Source of the DNA: Gammaproteobacteria bacterium
GTDB taxonomy: Bacteria > Pseudomonadota > Gammaproteobacteria > Eutrophobiales > Eutrophobiaceae
Assembly: GCA_965243205.1 (NCBI GenBank)
Contig: CBDEUK010000001.1
Location: 320,001-384,000, forward strand
DNA: 64,000 nucleotides
Direction of reading: 5' to 3'
Below are positions 39,795 through 49,247 of the stretch, in pieces (the first letter of the stretch is position 1; each line of letters begins with the position of its first letter). A program made the position numbers and the translations under genes. A model generated the notes under the pieces. It had not been told where the DNA came from and did not search any database. It saw nothing but the letters and a program-made list of their open reading frames with translations.

Positions 39795-41312
39795 ATGACA
39801 GTTATTAAACAAGACGATTTTATTGCCAGCGTTGCTGACGCTTTGCAATTTATTTCCTATTACCATCCTCTCGATTTTATCCAGGCTGTGAATGCCGCTT
39901 ATGAGAAAGAAGAAAGCCAGGCCGCAAAAGATGCAATGGCTCAAATCTTAATCAATTCTCGTATGTGTGCTGAAGGCCACCGCCCTATCTGTCAAGATAC
40001 TGGCATCGTTACCGTATTTATCAAAGTCGGTATGGATGTTCAATGGGATGCCAACATGGGCGTTACCGATATGATCAACGAAGGTGTACGTCAAGCCTAT
40101 AATCATCCTGATAATAAACTACGTGCTTCAATTCTTTCCGATCCAGACGGTGCTCGAAAAAATACTGGCGATAACACTCCTGCTGTGATCAATATGGAAA
40201 TCGTTGAAGGGAATACAGTTGATGTGCAAGTTGCGGCCAAAGGCGGTGGGTCAGAAGCCAAATCAAAATTTGCTATGTTGAATCCATCCGACAGCATTGT
40301 TGATTGGGTATTAAAAACCGTTCCAACTATGGGCGCGGGTTGGTGTCCGCCAGGCATGTTAGGCATCGGGATTGGTGGTACTGCGGAAAAAGCCATGGTG
40401 ATGGCAAAAGAAAGTTTGATGGATCCTGTCAACATACAAGAACTCATTGAACGTGGTCCAAGTAACCGCGCTGAAGAACTACGCTTAGAGTTATATGAAA
40501 AAGTAAATAACTTAGGTATCGGTGCACAAGGTTTAGGCGGTTTAACGACTGTACTTGATATCAAAGTTCGGGATTACCCAACTCATGCTGCTAATAAACC
40601 AATCGCTATGATTCCTAACTGCGCGGCGACTCGTCATGCACATTTTGTATTAGATGGTTCAGGTCCTTCATTACAAACACCTCCAAATCTAGATGACTGG
40701 CCAGAGATCACTTGGGATGCAGGCCCAACTGCCAAACGTGTAAACCTAGATGAAGTCACACAAGAAGAAATTGAAACCTGGCAACCTGGCCAAACCTTAT
40801 TGCTTAACGGCAAAATGTTAACCGGTCGTGATGCAGCTCATAAAAAGATTCAAGATATTTTATCCAAAGGTGAATCCTTACCTGACGGTGTGGATTTTAA
40901 AAATCGTTTTATCTATTACGTAGGTCCAGTTGACGCAGTGCGCGACGAAGTGGTCGGTCCTGCTGGTCCAACAACCGCAACACGTATGGATAAATTCACC
41001 GAGATGATGTTAGCCGAAACAGGCTTACTTGGTATGGTTGGTAAAGCTGAACGTGGTCCAGTTGCAATTGATGCTATCAAAAAACACAAAGCCGTTTATT
41101 TAATGGCCGTAGGTGGCGCAGCTTACTTAGTCTCTAAAGCAATTACTGATGCGAAAATCGTTGCGTTTGAAGAACTCGGTATGGAAGCTATTCATGAATT
41201 TGAAGTGAAAGACATGCCTGTAACCGTCGCAGTTGATGTGAACGGTGATGCAGTACATAAATCTGGCCCTGAACAATGGAAGCAGATTATCTTTGATAGA
41301 AAATCTGCATAA
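39795..41312 (+). CDS. Class I (Fe-S) fumarate hydratase
   Basis: RPICQDTG, AKGGGSE, GAGWCPPG, GPAGPTTATRMD and GGAAYLV; ATG at 39795 preferred over the upstream TTG. Confidence 0.93.
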   Translation: MTVIKQDDFIASVADALQFISYYHPLDFIQAVNAAYEKEESQAAKDAMAQILINSRMCAEGHRPICQDTGIVTVFIKVGMDVQWDANMGVTDMINEGVRQAYNHPDNKLRASILSDPDGARKNTGDNTPAVINMEIVEGNTVDVQVAAKGGGSEAKSKFAMLNPSDSIVDWVLKTVPTMGAGWCPPGMLGIGIGGTAEKAMVMAKESLMDPVNIQELIERGPSNRAEELRLELYEKVNNLGIGAQGLGGLTTVLDIKVRDYPTHAANKPIAMIPNCAATRHAHFVLDGSGPSLQTPPNLDDWPEITWDAGPTAKRVNLDEVTQEEIETWQPGQTLLLNGKMLTGRDAAHKKIQDILSKGESLPDGVDFKNRFIYYVGPVDAVRDEVVGPAGPTTATRMDKFTEMMLAETGLLGMVGKAERGPVAIDAIKKHKAVYLMAVGGAAYLVSKAITDAKIVAFEELGMEAIHEFEVKDMPVTVAVDVNGDAVHKSGPEQWKQIIFDRKSA

Positions 41313-41314
41313 GC

Positions 41315-41866
41315 ATGCCTAAAGTCTTAGTTCCACTGGCACAAGGATGTGAAGAACTGGAAGCGGTTACTATCATCGATGTGTTACGACGAGCGGGTAT
41401 AGAAGTTATTACTGCTAGTTTAGATGGCGAAATGATCACTGCCAGTCGTGGCGTTAAACTCGTAGCTGACATGGATCTTGATACAGCATTACAAAAAGAC
41501 TATGACATGTGTGTGCTACCAGGTGGTCTACCTGGTTCAGATCATCTTGATAATGATCCTCGCATTCGTGAATTACTCATCAAACTTTCCAATAGTGAGA
41601 AATTTACTGCAGCCATCTGCGCCGCACCTAAAGTTTTAGCCAATGCAGGTTTATTAAATGGTAGACGTGCCACAAGTTACCCAGGTGTATTAAATTCTAT
41701 GGAAATAATTGATATGGAGTATATTGAAGATAATGTTGTTAAAGATGGAACTGTGATTACTTCTCGTGGCCCTGGCACAGCAATAGAATTCGCTTTGACC
41801 TTAGTTGCAACATTAGTTGGTAAAGAAAAAAGAAATAACGTAGCAAAAGGATTGTTGAATAACTAA
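41315..41866 (+). CDS. DJ-1/YajL (ThiJ/PfpI) family protein
   Basis: GCEELEAVT..DVLRRAG, LPGG, AAICAAP and ITSRGPGTA. Confidence 0.92.
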   Translation: MPKVLVPLAQGCEELEAVTIIDVLRRAGIEVITASLDGEMITASRGVKLVADMDLDTALQKDYDMCVLPGGLPGSDHLDNDPRIRELLIKLSNSEKFTAAICAAPKVLANAGLLNGRRATSYPGVLNSMEIIDMEYIEDNVVKDGTVITSRGPGTAIEFALTLVATLVGKEKRNNVAKGLLNN

Positions 41867-41899
41867 TAAAAAAATGAATTAGAGTTAATAATTTTTAAA

Positions 41900-42466
41900 T
41901 TACTCTGCTACCGCCTTTAGCTCTCCCAAAGTCCCTTCCCACAGTTTAAAAAAGCTTTGTTGATGTGAAAAACGTACCCAACTTACCCAACTATATTTCT
42001 CTAAATTCGGATCATCAACCGCTATATTATGTTGTTTAATACCTATAGATAACTCGCCTCCTTCTTCACGCTTTTTCCTTTCCTTAAAAAAGTTTTGTAT
42101 CTCTCTTAGTTGCTCTGCTGAATCATCAGTTAATTGATATAACAACCATCGATAATTTTTATCCGCATTAAAACTTAACTGCTCACTGCTCAACTCAGAT
42201 AATTTCATGGTCAAAGAAAGATTAATCGGCTCAAATGTTCCTTCTTCGGCAGGCTTAATGCCTACATCTAAATAAGGAACTGCATTCGAATCAATTTGAA
42301 TGTTTTCATCCACTCCAATCGCGAGTGCAAACTCTGCAGGATCGCTATTCAGTAACTGTTCTGGAACACTGAATAATTTTGGAATTGATTTGAGTGGCAC
42401 ACCTCCACAAGCTATAAACAAGGAACAAAACAGGATAATTAGAACATTTCTACTGATAATAAACAC
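41900..42466 (-). CDS. Hypothetical lipoprotein
   Basis: Lipobox FIAC-GG after a hydrophobic stretch; GTG at 42466 follows an AAGGA RBS (the ORF track starts at TTG 42490). Confidence 0.6.
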   Translation of the reverse strand: MFIISRNVLIILFCSLFIACGGVPLKSIPKLFSVPEQLLNSDPAEFALAIGVDENIQIDSNAVPYLDVGIKPAEEGTFEPINLSLTMKLSELSSEQLSFNADKNYRWLLYQLTDDSAEQLREIQNFFKERKKREEGGELSIGIKQHNIAVDDPNLEKYSWVSWVRFSHQQSFFKLWEGTLGELKAVAE

Positions 42467-42538
42467 TTTACTTTCCTTAAAAAATAACAAATAATTATTA
42501 TTATATATATATTTATTATTGTTTTACAATAATTTTAG

Positions 42539-43099
42539 GTGTCGTTTATGAATACAAAACCAGAAAATCATGTAGTGATGATATGGAGTTACCGCTTATC
42601 TTGGGTATGCTTACTATGTTTCTATCTATTACCAATAGCCGTTATTTCTTTATGGCTAATGAATTATAACGATCCAAAACACATAAGTTATTTCTTGGAG
42701 CTTCCAGAACTGGAAATCATCAACCAACCATCTTTATTGGTTAAACTCATCTCACTGTTTATTTTATTAATCCCTGTCAGCCTCTTTATGATTGCAATGC
42801 TGTATGCAAAAAACTGTTTCAGAGCATTTAGTAAAGGCGATTATTATTCTGCTCTCACTGTAAACGCATTAAGAAATTTCTCTCGCTTTATATTCTTTTC
42901 AGTATTGGCTAGTTTATTCGCTACACCGTTACTGTCTGTATTATTAACCTGGCAAAACCCAGAAGGTTTGCGGCAAGTTGCAATCAACTTAAGCTCGAAT
43001 AATGTATTTACATTACTCGTTTCAGCGATGTTTTGGGTAATATCCTCTATACTTGCTCATGGTGGAAGACTACAAAAAGAAAACCAATCTTTTATCTAA
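42539..43099 (+). CDS. DUF2975 family membrane protein
   Basis: Four TM helices and C-terminal G.RLQKENQSFI, immediately followed by its usual HTH partner. Confidence 0.75.
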   Translation: MSFMNTKPENHVVMIWSYRLSWVCLLCFYLLPIAVISLWLMNYNDPKHISYFLELPELEIINQPSLLVKLISLFILLIPVSLFMIAMLYAKNCFRAFSKGDYYSALTVNALRNFSRFIFFSVLASLFATPLLSVLLTWQNPEGLRQVAINLSSNNVFTLLVSAMFWVISSILAHGGRLQKENQSFI

Positions 43100-43103
43100 C
43101 TGT

Positions 43104-43328
43104 ATGCCAATTATTGTTGAACTCGATGTAATGCTCGCTCGCCGTAAAGTAAAATCGAAAGAACTTGCCGAGCATGTAGGGATTACTGAAGCAAACTTAT
43201 CATTGCTAAAAAAAGGTAAAGTTAAAGGTGTTCGTTTTGAAACACTAGAAAAGATTTGCGAATACCTGGAATGTAAGCCTGGAGATATATTGATATACGA
43301 GCCTTCTGATACTTCAAATGAAAAATAA
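43104..43328 (+). CDS. Cro/C1 (XRE, YozG-like) HTH transcriptional regulator
   Basis: MPIIVELDVMLARRK..ELAEHVGITEANLSLLKKGKVKGVRFETLEKICEYLECKPGDI; ATG at 43104. Confidence 0.9.
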   Translation: MPIIVELDVMLARRKVKSKELAEHVGITEANLSLLKKGKVKGVRFETLEKICEYLECKPGDILIYEPSDTSNEK

Positions 43329-43342
43329 ATAATCTATAAAAA

Positions 43343-43630
43343 ATGGAAACGCATAAAAAAATTGCATTGATAATTTATTTTATCGTGGCTTTTTTGATAA
43401 GTGGTCGAGAGGATATTGAGCGAGTTAAAGCTCAGCTAATTTTATTGGCTATATGTCTCATACCTATTCTATTTTATCGTTTGATTGCCCGTTTCTCAGG
43501 TTTTGGTTTCCCAGAAATATTTGCTAAAGATTATGGCAAGCCAAGACCAGCTGAACCCTATGCTTTTTTCTTTTGGCTTTTATATTTAATTGCTTGTGGT
43601 TTTATCGTTTTTAAATGGTCGATTTATTAG
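43343..43630 (+). CDS. Small hypothetical membrane protein (3 TM)
   Basis: 95-aa ORF with three hydrophobic segments, 14 bp after the HTH gene. Confidence 0.6.
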   Translation: METHKKIALIIYFIVAFLISGREDIERVKAQLILLAICLIPILFYRLIARFSGFGFPEIFAKDYGKPRPAEPYAFFFWLLYLIACGFIVFKWSIY

Positions 43631-43643
43631 ATTGGCTTCATCT

Positions 43644-43671
43644 TAAAACCCACCAAATATGATGGGTTTTA
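43644..43671. terminator. Probable bidirectional terminator
   Basis: taaaaccca...tgggtttta inverted repeat between convergent genes. Confidence 0.55.
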
Positions 43672-43682
43672 TTACCAAATAT

Positions 43683-43898
43683 TTAACCTGCGGGCACACC
43701 GGTTCTATTCACTTGCGAATAAAACACTTTTTGGTTGTGTAACTTTCCAAGCACTTCATTGAGTGAGCGGACGGTTTGTTTTTGATGAGGACATGTTGAG
43801 TTAACATCTGCATGCAGATTCAACAGATTACGAAGAGCGTTCTCGATAATATCGATATCGCTGGGATCTAAATTAAAGGTACTACTATACTTAGGCAT
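43683..43898 (-). CDS. Small hypothetical protein (71 aa)
   Basis: GGAGG RBS 8 nt before ATG 43898; MPKYSSTFNL..DIDIIENALR..LGKLHNQKVFY. Confidence 0.7.
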   Translation of the reverse strand: MPKYSSTFNLDPSDIDIIENALRNLLNLHADVNSTCPHQKQTVRSLNEVLGKLHNQKVFYSQVNRTGVPAG

Positions 43899-44016
43899 TA
43901 CAAATTCCTCCACGGTTTAACCTAACGTCTTCAGCATTAAGCCGGGTGAACTTTGATTATAAGCTCAATTTCCACTTGAAGAAAAGTATTGTTTTTAAGA
44001 TCTTTTAAACACTAAA

Positions 44017-44038
44017 TAAGCAACGAAATCGTTGCTTA
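44017..44038. promoter_or_regulatory. Palindromic putative operator
   Basis: TAAGCAACGA-AA-TCGTTGCTTA, perfect 10-bp arms, in a divergent intergenic region. Confidence 0.55.
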
Positions 44039-44100
44039 ATCAAACCAAATTTTGCATTTACTACACTGACTATCGAAGTATTTTCAGTTAAAATCATCTT

Positions 44101-46662
44101 ATGTCATCGACGATTAAGTCATCCGAGAATCACACCCCTGTTATCCAGCAATATCTGGGCTTTAAGGCACAGCACCCTGAACGATTATTGTTTTTTCGCA
44201 TGGGTGATTTTTATGAATTATTTTTTGAAGATGCAAAAAAAGTAGCGCGACTTTTAGACATTACTTTAACTGCGCGAGGTAAGTCCAAAGGCGAACCCAT
44301 TCCTATGGCAGGTGTTCCCTATCATGCAGCCGAGTCTTATTTGGCAAAACTTATTAAACTCGGTGAATCGGTTGTAATTTGTGAGCAAATCGGAGACCCA
44401 GCAACCTCAAAAGGTCCTGTTGAACGTGAAATTGCTCGAATACTGACGCCCGGAACCGTTACAGATGATGCCTTATTAAACGACAGAGAAGATAACCTTC
44501 TATTATCCATTCACTTTGAAAAAGAAATATTTGGTATCGCGTACATTGATGTTACGAGTGGACGTTTCCAGCTATTAGAAGTTGATAATAGCCAAGCTCT
44601 CGCAGCTGAACTTGAACGAATCAAACCTGCAGAATTGTTATTAAGTGAAGACTTTCAACTTGAAGAAATTATTCAAAACAAACAACTTAAAATTACTCAA
44701 CGTTTAAGCTGGGAGTTTAATCATTCTCAAAACCTACAACGCTTACTCACTCAATTTAATGTCAAAGAGCTGAACGGCTTTGGTTGTCAAGACATGTACA
44801 GTTCCGTAACCGCAGCAGGGGTGTTACTAAACTATCTTGATGAAACACAACGTACCAGTTTGATACATCTGCAATCACCAAAAGTCGAACAGCAAGAAGA
44901 TTGCATTATGATGGATAGCGTTTGCCGTCGAAATTTAGAAATCGATAAGCAAATAAATGGTGAGCAAAAACATACCTTGCTTAACGTTATTGATACGACG
45001 AAAACCGCAATGGGTTCACGTTTATTACGACGCTGGTTGCATTGGCCATTACGTGATCATGAACAATTAAATTTCCGTTATGCTGCTGTTGAAACATTAT
45101 TGCATAACAGAAACTTCATCGATCTGCTTGAACCATTGCAATCTATCTATGATCTAGAACGAATTATTACTCGTATTGCCTTAAAAACTGCAAGGCCTCA
45201 TGATTTAGTTGCATTAAGAACAACGCTTAATCAATTACCGATCATAAAAAACAGTTTAGAAAAACTGGATAGTCCATTATTAAAACAAATCAATTCTCTT
45301 ACACCATTGTTTTCAGAATTAACAGCGTTACTAAAATCGGCTGTAATAGAAAACCCGCCTGCTTTAATTCGTGATGGTGGTGTAATTGCCGATGGTTTTG
45401 ATAAAGAGCTGGATGAGTTACGCAATTTAAGTCGAGATGCGGATAGCTTCTTAGAACAACTTGAACAAACGGAACGTGAAAAAACAGGGATTGCTACTTT
45501 AAAAGTGGGATATAACCGCATTCATGGTTATTACATTGAACTTAGTCGTAATCAAAGTCATGAAGTTCCTGAACATTATCATCGTCGCCAAACCTTAAAG
45601 GCCGCTGAACGATTTATTACTCCCGAGCTGAAAGCGTTCGAAGATAAAATTTTAAGCGCAAGAGAACGCGCTTTAACTAAAGAAAAAAACTTATACGAAG
45701 AATTATTAAATACCATCTGCAAAGACGTAGCCGAATTACAAATTTGTGCAGAACAAATAGCAACACTGGATATATTAGTGTCATTCAGTGAACGTGCAGA
45801 AACATTAGATTATTCAAAGCCAAGTTTAAGCAAACAACGTGGCATCGAAATTACAAACGGTCGCCATCCTGTTGTAGAACAAATTCAAACCGAAACGTTT
45901 ATCGCGAATGATTTAACACTTAACCAAAACATCCCTATGTTGATTATCACAGGTCCTAATATGGGAGGTAAATCGACTTATATGCGTCAAGCTGCATTGA
46001 TCGTAATACTTGCTCATATTGGTAGCTTCGTTCCTGCTGAATCAGCCATGATCGGTCCTATCGATCGTATCTTTACCCGCATTGGCGCAAGCGATGATCT
46101 GGCCAGTGGTCGTTCTACGTTTATGGTCGAGATGACGGAAACGGCGAATATCTTAAACAATGCGACTGAAAACAGTTTAGTCATCATGGATGAAATCGGG
46201 CGTGGCACCAGTACCTTTGACGGTTTATCACTGGCCTGGGCAAGTGCTGAACATATTGCAACAAAACTCAATTCAATGTGTTTATTTGCAACACATTATT
46301 TTGAAATGACAACCTTAGCCGAACGACATGATGGTATAAAAAATGTTCATCTAGATGCGATAGAACATAACGATAAAATCATTTTTATGCATACCATTAA
46401 AGAAGGCTCAGCAAATCAGAGTTATGGTTTGCATGTTGCCGCTCTTGCTGGGGTCAATGAGTCGATCATTAAACAAGCTAAATTGAAGCTTCTCGAATTA
46501 GAGTCCAGTCGTTTAGAGCCTTCTTCTTCCAAAGAAACCACCCAAACAAATCTATTTTTCGAAAAAACTGCTATTGAAACTGAATTGGAACCATTGAATC
46601 CTGATGAACTTAGTCCCAAACAAGCTTTGGATATTCTATACAAACTAAAACAACTAATTTAA
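44101..46662 (+). CDS. mutS: DNA mismatch repair protein MutS
   Basis: [42 protein letters not shown] and FATHYFE. Confidence 0.98.
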   Translation: MSSTIKSSENHTPVIQQYLGFKAQHPERLLFFRMGDFYELFFEDAKKVARLLDITLTARGKSKGEPIPMAGVPYHAAESYLAKLIKLGESVVICEQIGDPATSKGPVEREIARILTPGTVTDDALLNDREDNLLLSIHFEKEIFGIAYIDVTSGRFQLLEVDNSQALAAELERIKPAELLLSEDFQLEEIIQNKQLKITQRLSWEFNHSQNLQRLLTQFNVKELNGFGCQDMYSSVTAAGVLLNYLDETQRTSLIHLQSPKVEQQEDCIMMDSVCRRNLEIDKQINGEQKHTLLNVIDTTKTAMGSRLLRRWLHWPLRDHEQLNFRYAAVETLLHNRNFIDLLEPLQSIYDLERIITRIALKTARPHDLVALRTTLNQLPIIKNSLEKLDSPLLKQINSLTPLFSELTALLKSAVIENPPALIRDGGVIADGFDKELDELRNLSRDADSFLEQLEQTEREKTGIATLKVGYNRIHGYYIELSRNQSHEVPEHYHRRQTLKAAERFITPELKAFEDKILSARERALTKEKNLYEELLNTICKDVAELQICAEQIATLDILVSFSERAETLDYSKPSLSKQRGIEITNGRHPVVEQIQTETFIANDLTLNQNIPMLIITGPNMGGKSTYMRQAALIVILAHIGSFVPAESAMIGPIDRIFTRIGASDDLASGRSTFMVEMTETANILNNATENSLVIMDEIGRGTSTFDGLSLAWASAEHIATKLNSMCLFATHYFEMTTLAERHDGIKNVHLDAIEHNDKIIFMHTIKEGSANQSYGLHVAALAGVNESIIKQAKLKLLELESSRLEPSSSKETTQTNLFFEKTAIETELEPLNPDELSPKQALDILYKLKQLI

Positions 46663-46740
46663 CGCCTATATTTTGAAAATACAGCGAATTTCGGTATTAT
46701 TCACGACCTATTTTTACAAGAACTTTAAGGTGAAACATCG

Positions 46741-47064
46741 ATGACATTTGTCGTAACTGAGAACTGCATAAAATGTAAATACACGGACTGTGTAGAAGTG
46801 TGTCCAGTGGACTGCTTTCATGAAGGTCCGAACATGCTGGTGATCGACCCTGATGAATGTATTGACTGCACCTTGTGTGAGCCCGAATGCCCGGCTGAGG
46901 CTATCATGTCTGACGACGATGTGCCGGATAACATGCAAGAGTTTATTCAGTTGAACGAAGAACTTTCTAAAGAATGGCCAGTTATCAACGAGATGAAAGA
47001 TGCACCTGATGATGCTGATGACTGGAAAGACAAAGAAGGTAAAATCGAACTACTTGAGAGATAA
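46741..47064 (+). CDS. fdxA: 7Fe ferredoxin (FdxA type)
   Basis: [38 protein letters not shown]; mutS-fdxA adjacency as in Pseudomonas/Azotobacter. Confidence 0.93.
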   Translation: MTFVVTENCIKCKYTDCVEVCPVDCFHEGPNMLVIDPDECIDCTLCEPECPAEAIMSDDDVPDNMQEFIQLNEELSKEWPVINEMKDAPDDADDWKDKEGKIELLER

Positions 47065-47111
47065 AGTATCGTTCTGGGCTTAGTTTGAGCCCTAATCCAC
47101 AAAACTCCCTT

Positions 47112-47138
47112 TCAAGAATTCCTAATTCCTGCCGATAA
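47112..47138 (+). promoter_or_regulatory. Sigma-28 (FliA) promoter
   Basis: TCAAG-N14-GCCGATAA, 73 bp upstream of the HDOD gene, which has an AGGAG RBS. Confidence 0.75.
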
Positions 47139-47165
47139 GATATCCAGATTATCTGGGTATCTTAT
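47135..47165. repeat. 14-bp inverted repeat overlapping the sigma-28 -10 box
   Basis: ataagatatccaga-tta-tctgggtatcttat, with one G:T pair. Confidence 0.7.
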
Positions 47166-47211
47166 TTGCCCCCAATTTCACCTTAGAAATACTTTCAGGC
47201 AGGAGATCGAT

Positions 47212-48639
47212 ATGCGGGATGAACTCACGCAGTGGAAAAAACGTATTGATAAAGCGCCACTGCCCATCCTGAAAAGTACAGCACAGTTTTTTGCTAAAAC
47301 ACAATCTAAGCCAGGCGCGAGTGTTTCGGGACTTTGGTCATGCCTCCAATATGATTTAGGTATGTGTTTAAATTTATTACGTGCCGCTGGACGTAGTAAA
47401 AACACAAAAGTCACAAATCTTAATCATGCGATTTTGCTACTTGGCTTACCTAACACATTAAACCGGCCTAATAATCTACCTAAAATTGATGACATCAAAG
47501 ATAAGCAAATTAAAAATACCTTTTTTCAAATCTATAGTAATAATTTTCAAACCTATTCCATCTTAAAAAACTGTTTTAAACAAAGCTCTGAAGATACTAA
47601 TAAAGAGTTAGAAATCTGCAATTTTGCCACAGGTTTTATTGATTACTTACTATTTAATGCAGACCCTGACCGTTATTTAAAACTTCTAAAGAAAGAGCAA
47701 CAAGGAGTTACTCGAATTGAAGCAGAAGAATCCATATTGGGATTCACGCGTCGAGAATTAGCCTTTGAAATTGCAACTGACTGGCGTTTGCCTGAACTAA
47801 TCGCCCAATCACAACAACACAGCACAAACCAATCGCCAAATTTACAACAAGTCTCTTTAAATTTACGTTTTAAAGAAGAACTAAACCAAGGTTGGTATCA
47901 CCAAGGAATGGATGAATTTATAAATGTACTTGCTAAAACTACTTCAAATACCACTGAATATATAACGAAGAAAATTCATAATGAATCGGTAAAGATCGCT
48001 CGTAATAATAAAAATATATTTCCAACAGCAATCAGTTTTGCTGAGCGGCTTATCGAATGCAAGGCTTCCAAAATAAAAAAACCTGCCGTTCTTATTCAAC
48101 CTCAAAAAACTCGCAAAGAATTATACGCTCAAGCTATTCAATCGATTGAAAAACATCATCTAGCAAGTTATCAAGAAATCATTACAGAATGTTTTAACGG
48201 TTATAAAAATGGTCTGGGGTTTAGTAGAATGTTTTTTGCAGTATTAACTGAAGACAAAAAACATTTAAAGATTATTTTATCGAAAACTATCGAAGGAAAA
48301 GAAAGCTTAAATAAGCTACGAATCCCATTAAATAATAAAAATTTATTTGAACAGCTCATGCGTCAACCTGGTGGCGTGTGGATGAATAAAAATAACCAGA
48401 AAAAATATCTACCTTTTCTACCAATGATTTTTCTGGATAAATTACGCAGCCATAACTTTGTAGCAATGTCCGCATTTATTCATGACCATCCTTTTGGATT
48501 ATTCTATGCAGATATGAACGGTACACAAAATCTTACAGATGGTCATTTTAAATATTTCAAACATCTCTGTAGGATCAGCAATGAAGCCTTTGAAGCATTG
48601 TCAGATCATCAAGAAAAGCAGAAAATAGCCCACGCTTAA
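47212..48639 (+). CDS. HDOD-domain signalling protein with a GAF-like C-terminus
   Basis: LPILKST, DLGMCLNLLRAA, LNHAILLLGL, EESILGFTRRELA..WRLPELI; C-terminal GLGFSRMFFA...PFGLFYAD. Confidence 0.75.
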   Translation: MRDELTQWKKRIDKAPLPILKSTAQFFAKTQSKPGASVSGLWSCLQYDLGMCLNLLRAAGRSKNTKVTNLNHAILLLGLPNTLNRPNNLPKIDDIKDKQIKNTFFQIYSNNFQTYSILKNCFKQSSEDTNKELEICNFATGFIDYLLFNADPDRYLKLLKKEQQGVTRIEAEESILGFTRRELAFEIATDWRLPELIAQSQQHSTNQSPNLQQVSLNLRFKEELNQGWYHQGMDEFINVLAKTTSNTTEYITKKIHNESVKIARNNKNIFPTAISFAERLIECKASKIKKPAVLIQPQKTRKELYAQAIQSIEKHHLASYQEIITECFNGYKNGLGFSRMFFAVLTEDKKHLKIILSKTIEGKESLNKLRIPLNNKNLFEQLMRQPGGVWMNKNNQKKYLPFLPMIFLDKLRSHNFVAMSAFIHDHPFGLFYADMNGTQNLTDGHFKYFKHLCRISNEAFEALSDHQEKQKIAHA

Positions 48640-48660
48640 ATAAACTTCGATATAGGACTC

Positions 48661-49131
48661 ATGATGAAAAACTTGATGTTAGTTGTGCTGGGTTCAGTTT
48701 TGCTCTGCTTAAATATATTATCATTCACACTAAATGCTGAAATCTATAAATGGACTGATAAGGACGGTAAAATCCATTACAGTGACCGGCCCAATCAAAA
48801 AGCAACTACTGTCGATATCAAAACCCAAACACAACCTCAAGCTAATCAGGCCGATCGATGGCAGGCAATACAAGAACGCCAACAACGCTACCTTGAATAT
48901 TTACAAGATGAACGTGGCGATCGTGATGAAGAAAAACAAAAAAAAGAACAACAGTTAGCAGAGCGAAAAAAAATCTGCCAAGAAGCAACAGATTATCATA
49001 AACAATTGAATACGGTTAGGATGTGGTACGATGAGGATGAAGAAGGCAATAAAAGATATCTCGACCATACTGAGAAAGATAAGGAAATAGCTAAAGCCAA
49101 ACAAATGATGGATAAATATTGCGCAAACTGA
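48661..49131 (+). CDS. DUF4124-domain secreted protein
   Basis: Signal peptide, AEIYKWTDKDGKIHYSDRP, coiled coil and a C-terminal Cys pair. Confidence 0.85.
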   Translation: MMKNLMLVVLGSVLLCLNILSFTLNAEIYKWTDKDGKIHYSDRPNQKATTVDIKTQTQPQANQADRWQAIQERQQRYLEYLQDERGDRDEEKQKKEQQLAERKKICQEATDYHKQLNTVRMWYDEDEEGNKRYLDHTEKDKEIAKAKQMMDKYCAN

Positions 49132-49247
49132 ATATATGCCTCATGGTAAATTCTTTGAATCGACTTATCTTGCAACAGAAATTAGACAATGAAGACAAAT
49201 TCTAGTCTAATATATCTCTTCATTATAATGTCATAAGTACTTGTACT

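Noticed and set aside
40103-40564. 153-aa antisense ORF inside fumarase
   Set aside because: Lies entirely opposite a conserved gene; typical shadow ORF
43914-43960. Leader GTTCACC...GCTGAAGACG on the minus strand, resembling a fluoride riboswitch
   Set aside because: The required 5' GGnGAUG strand is missing and the downstream gene is not fluoride-related
47076-47092. Hairpin gggctta-gtt-tgagccc after fdxA
   Set aside because: Short stem with no U-tail; not enough to call a terminator
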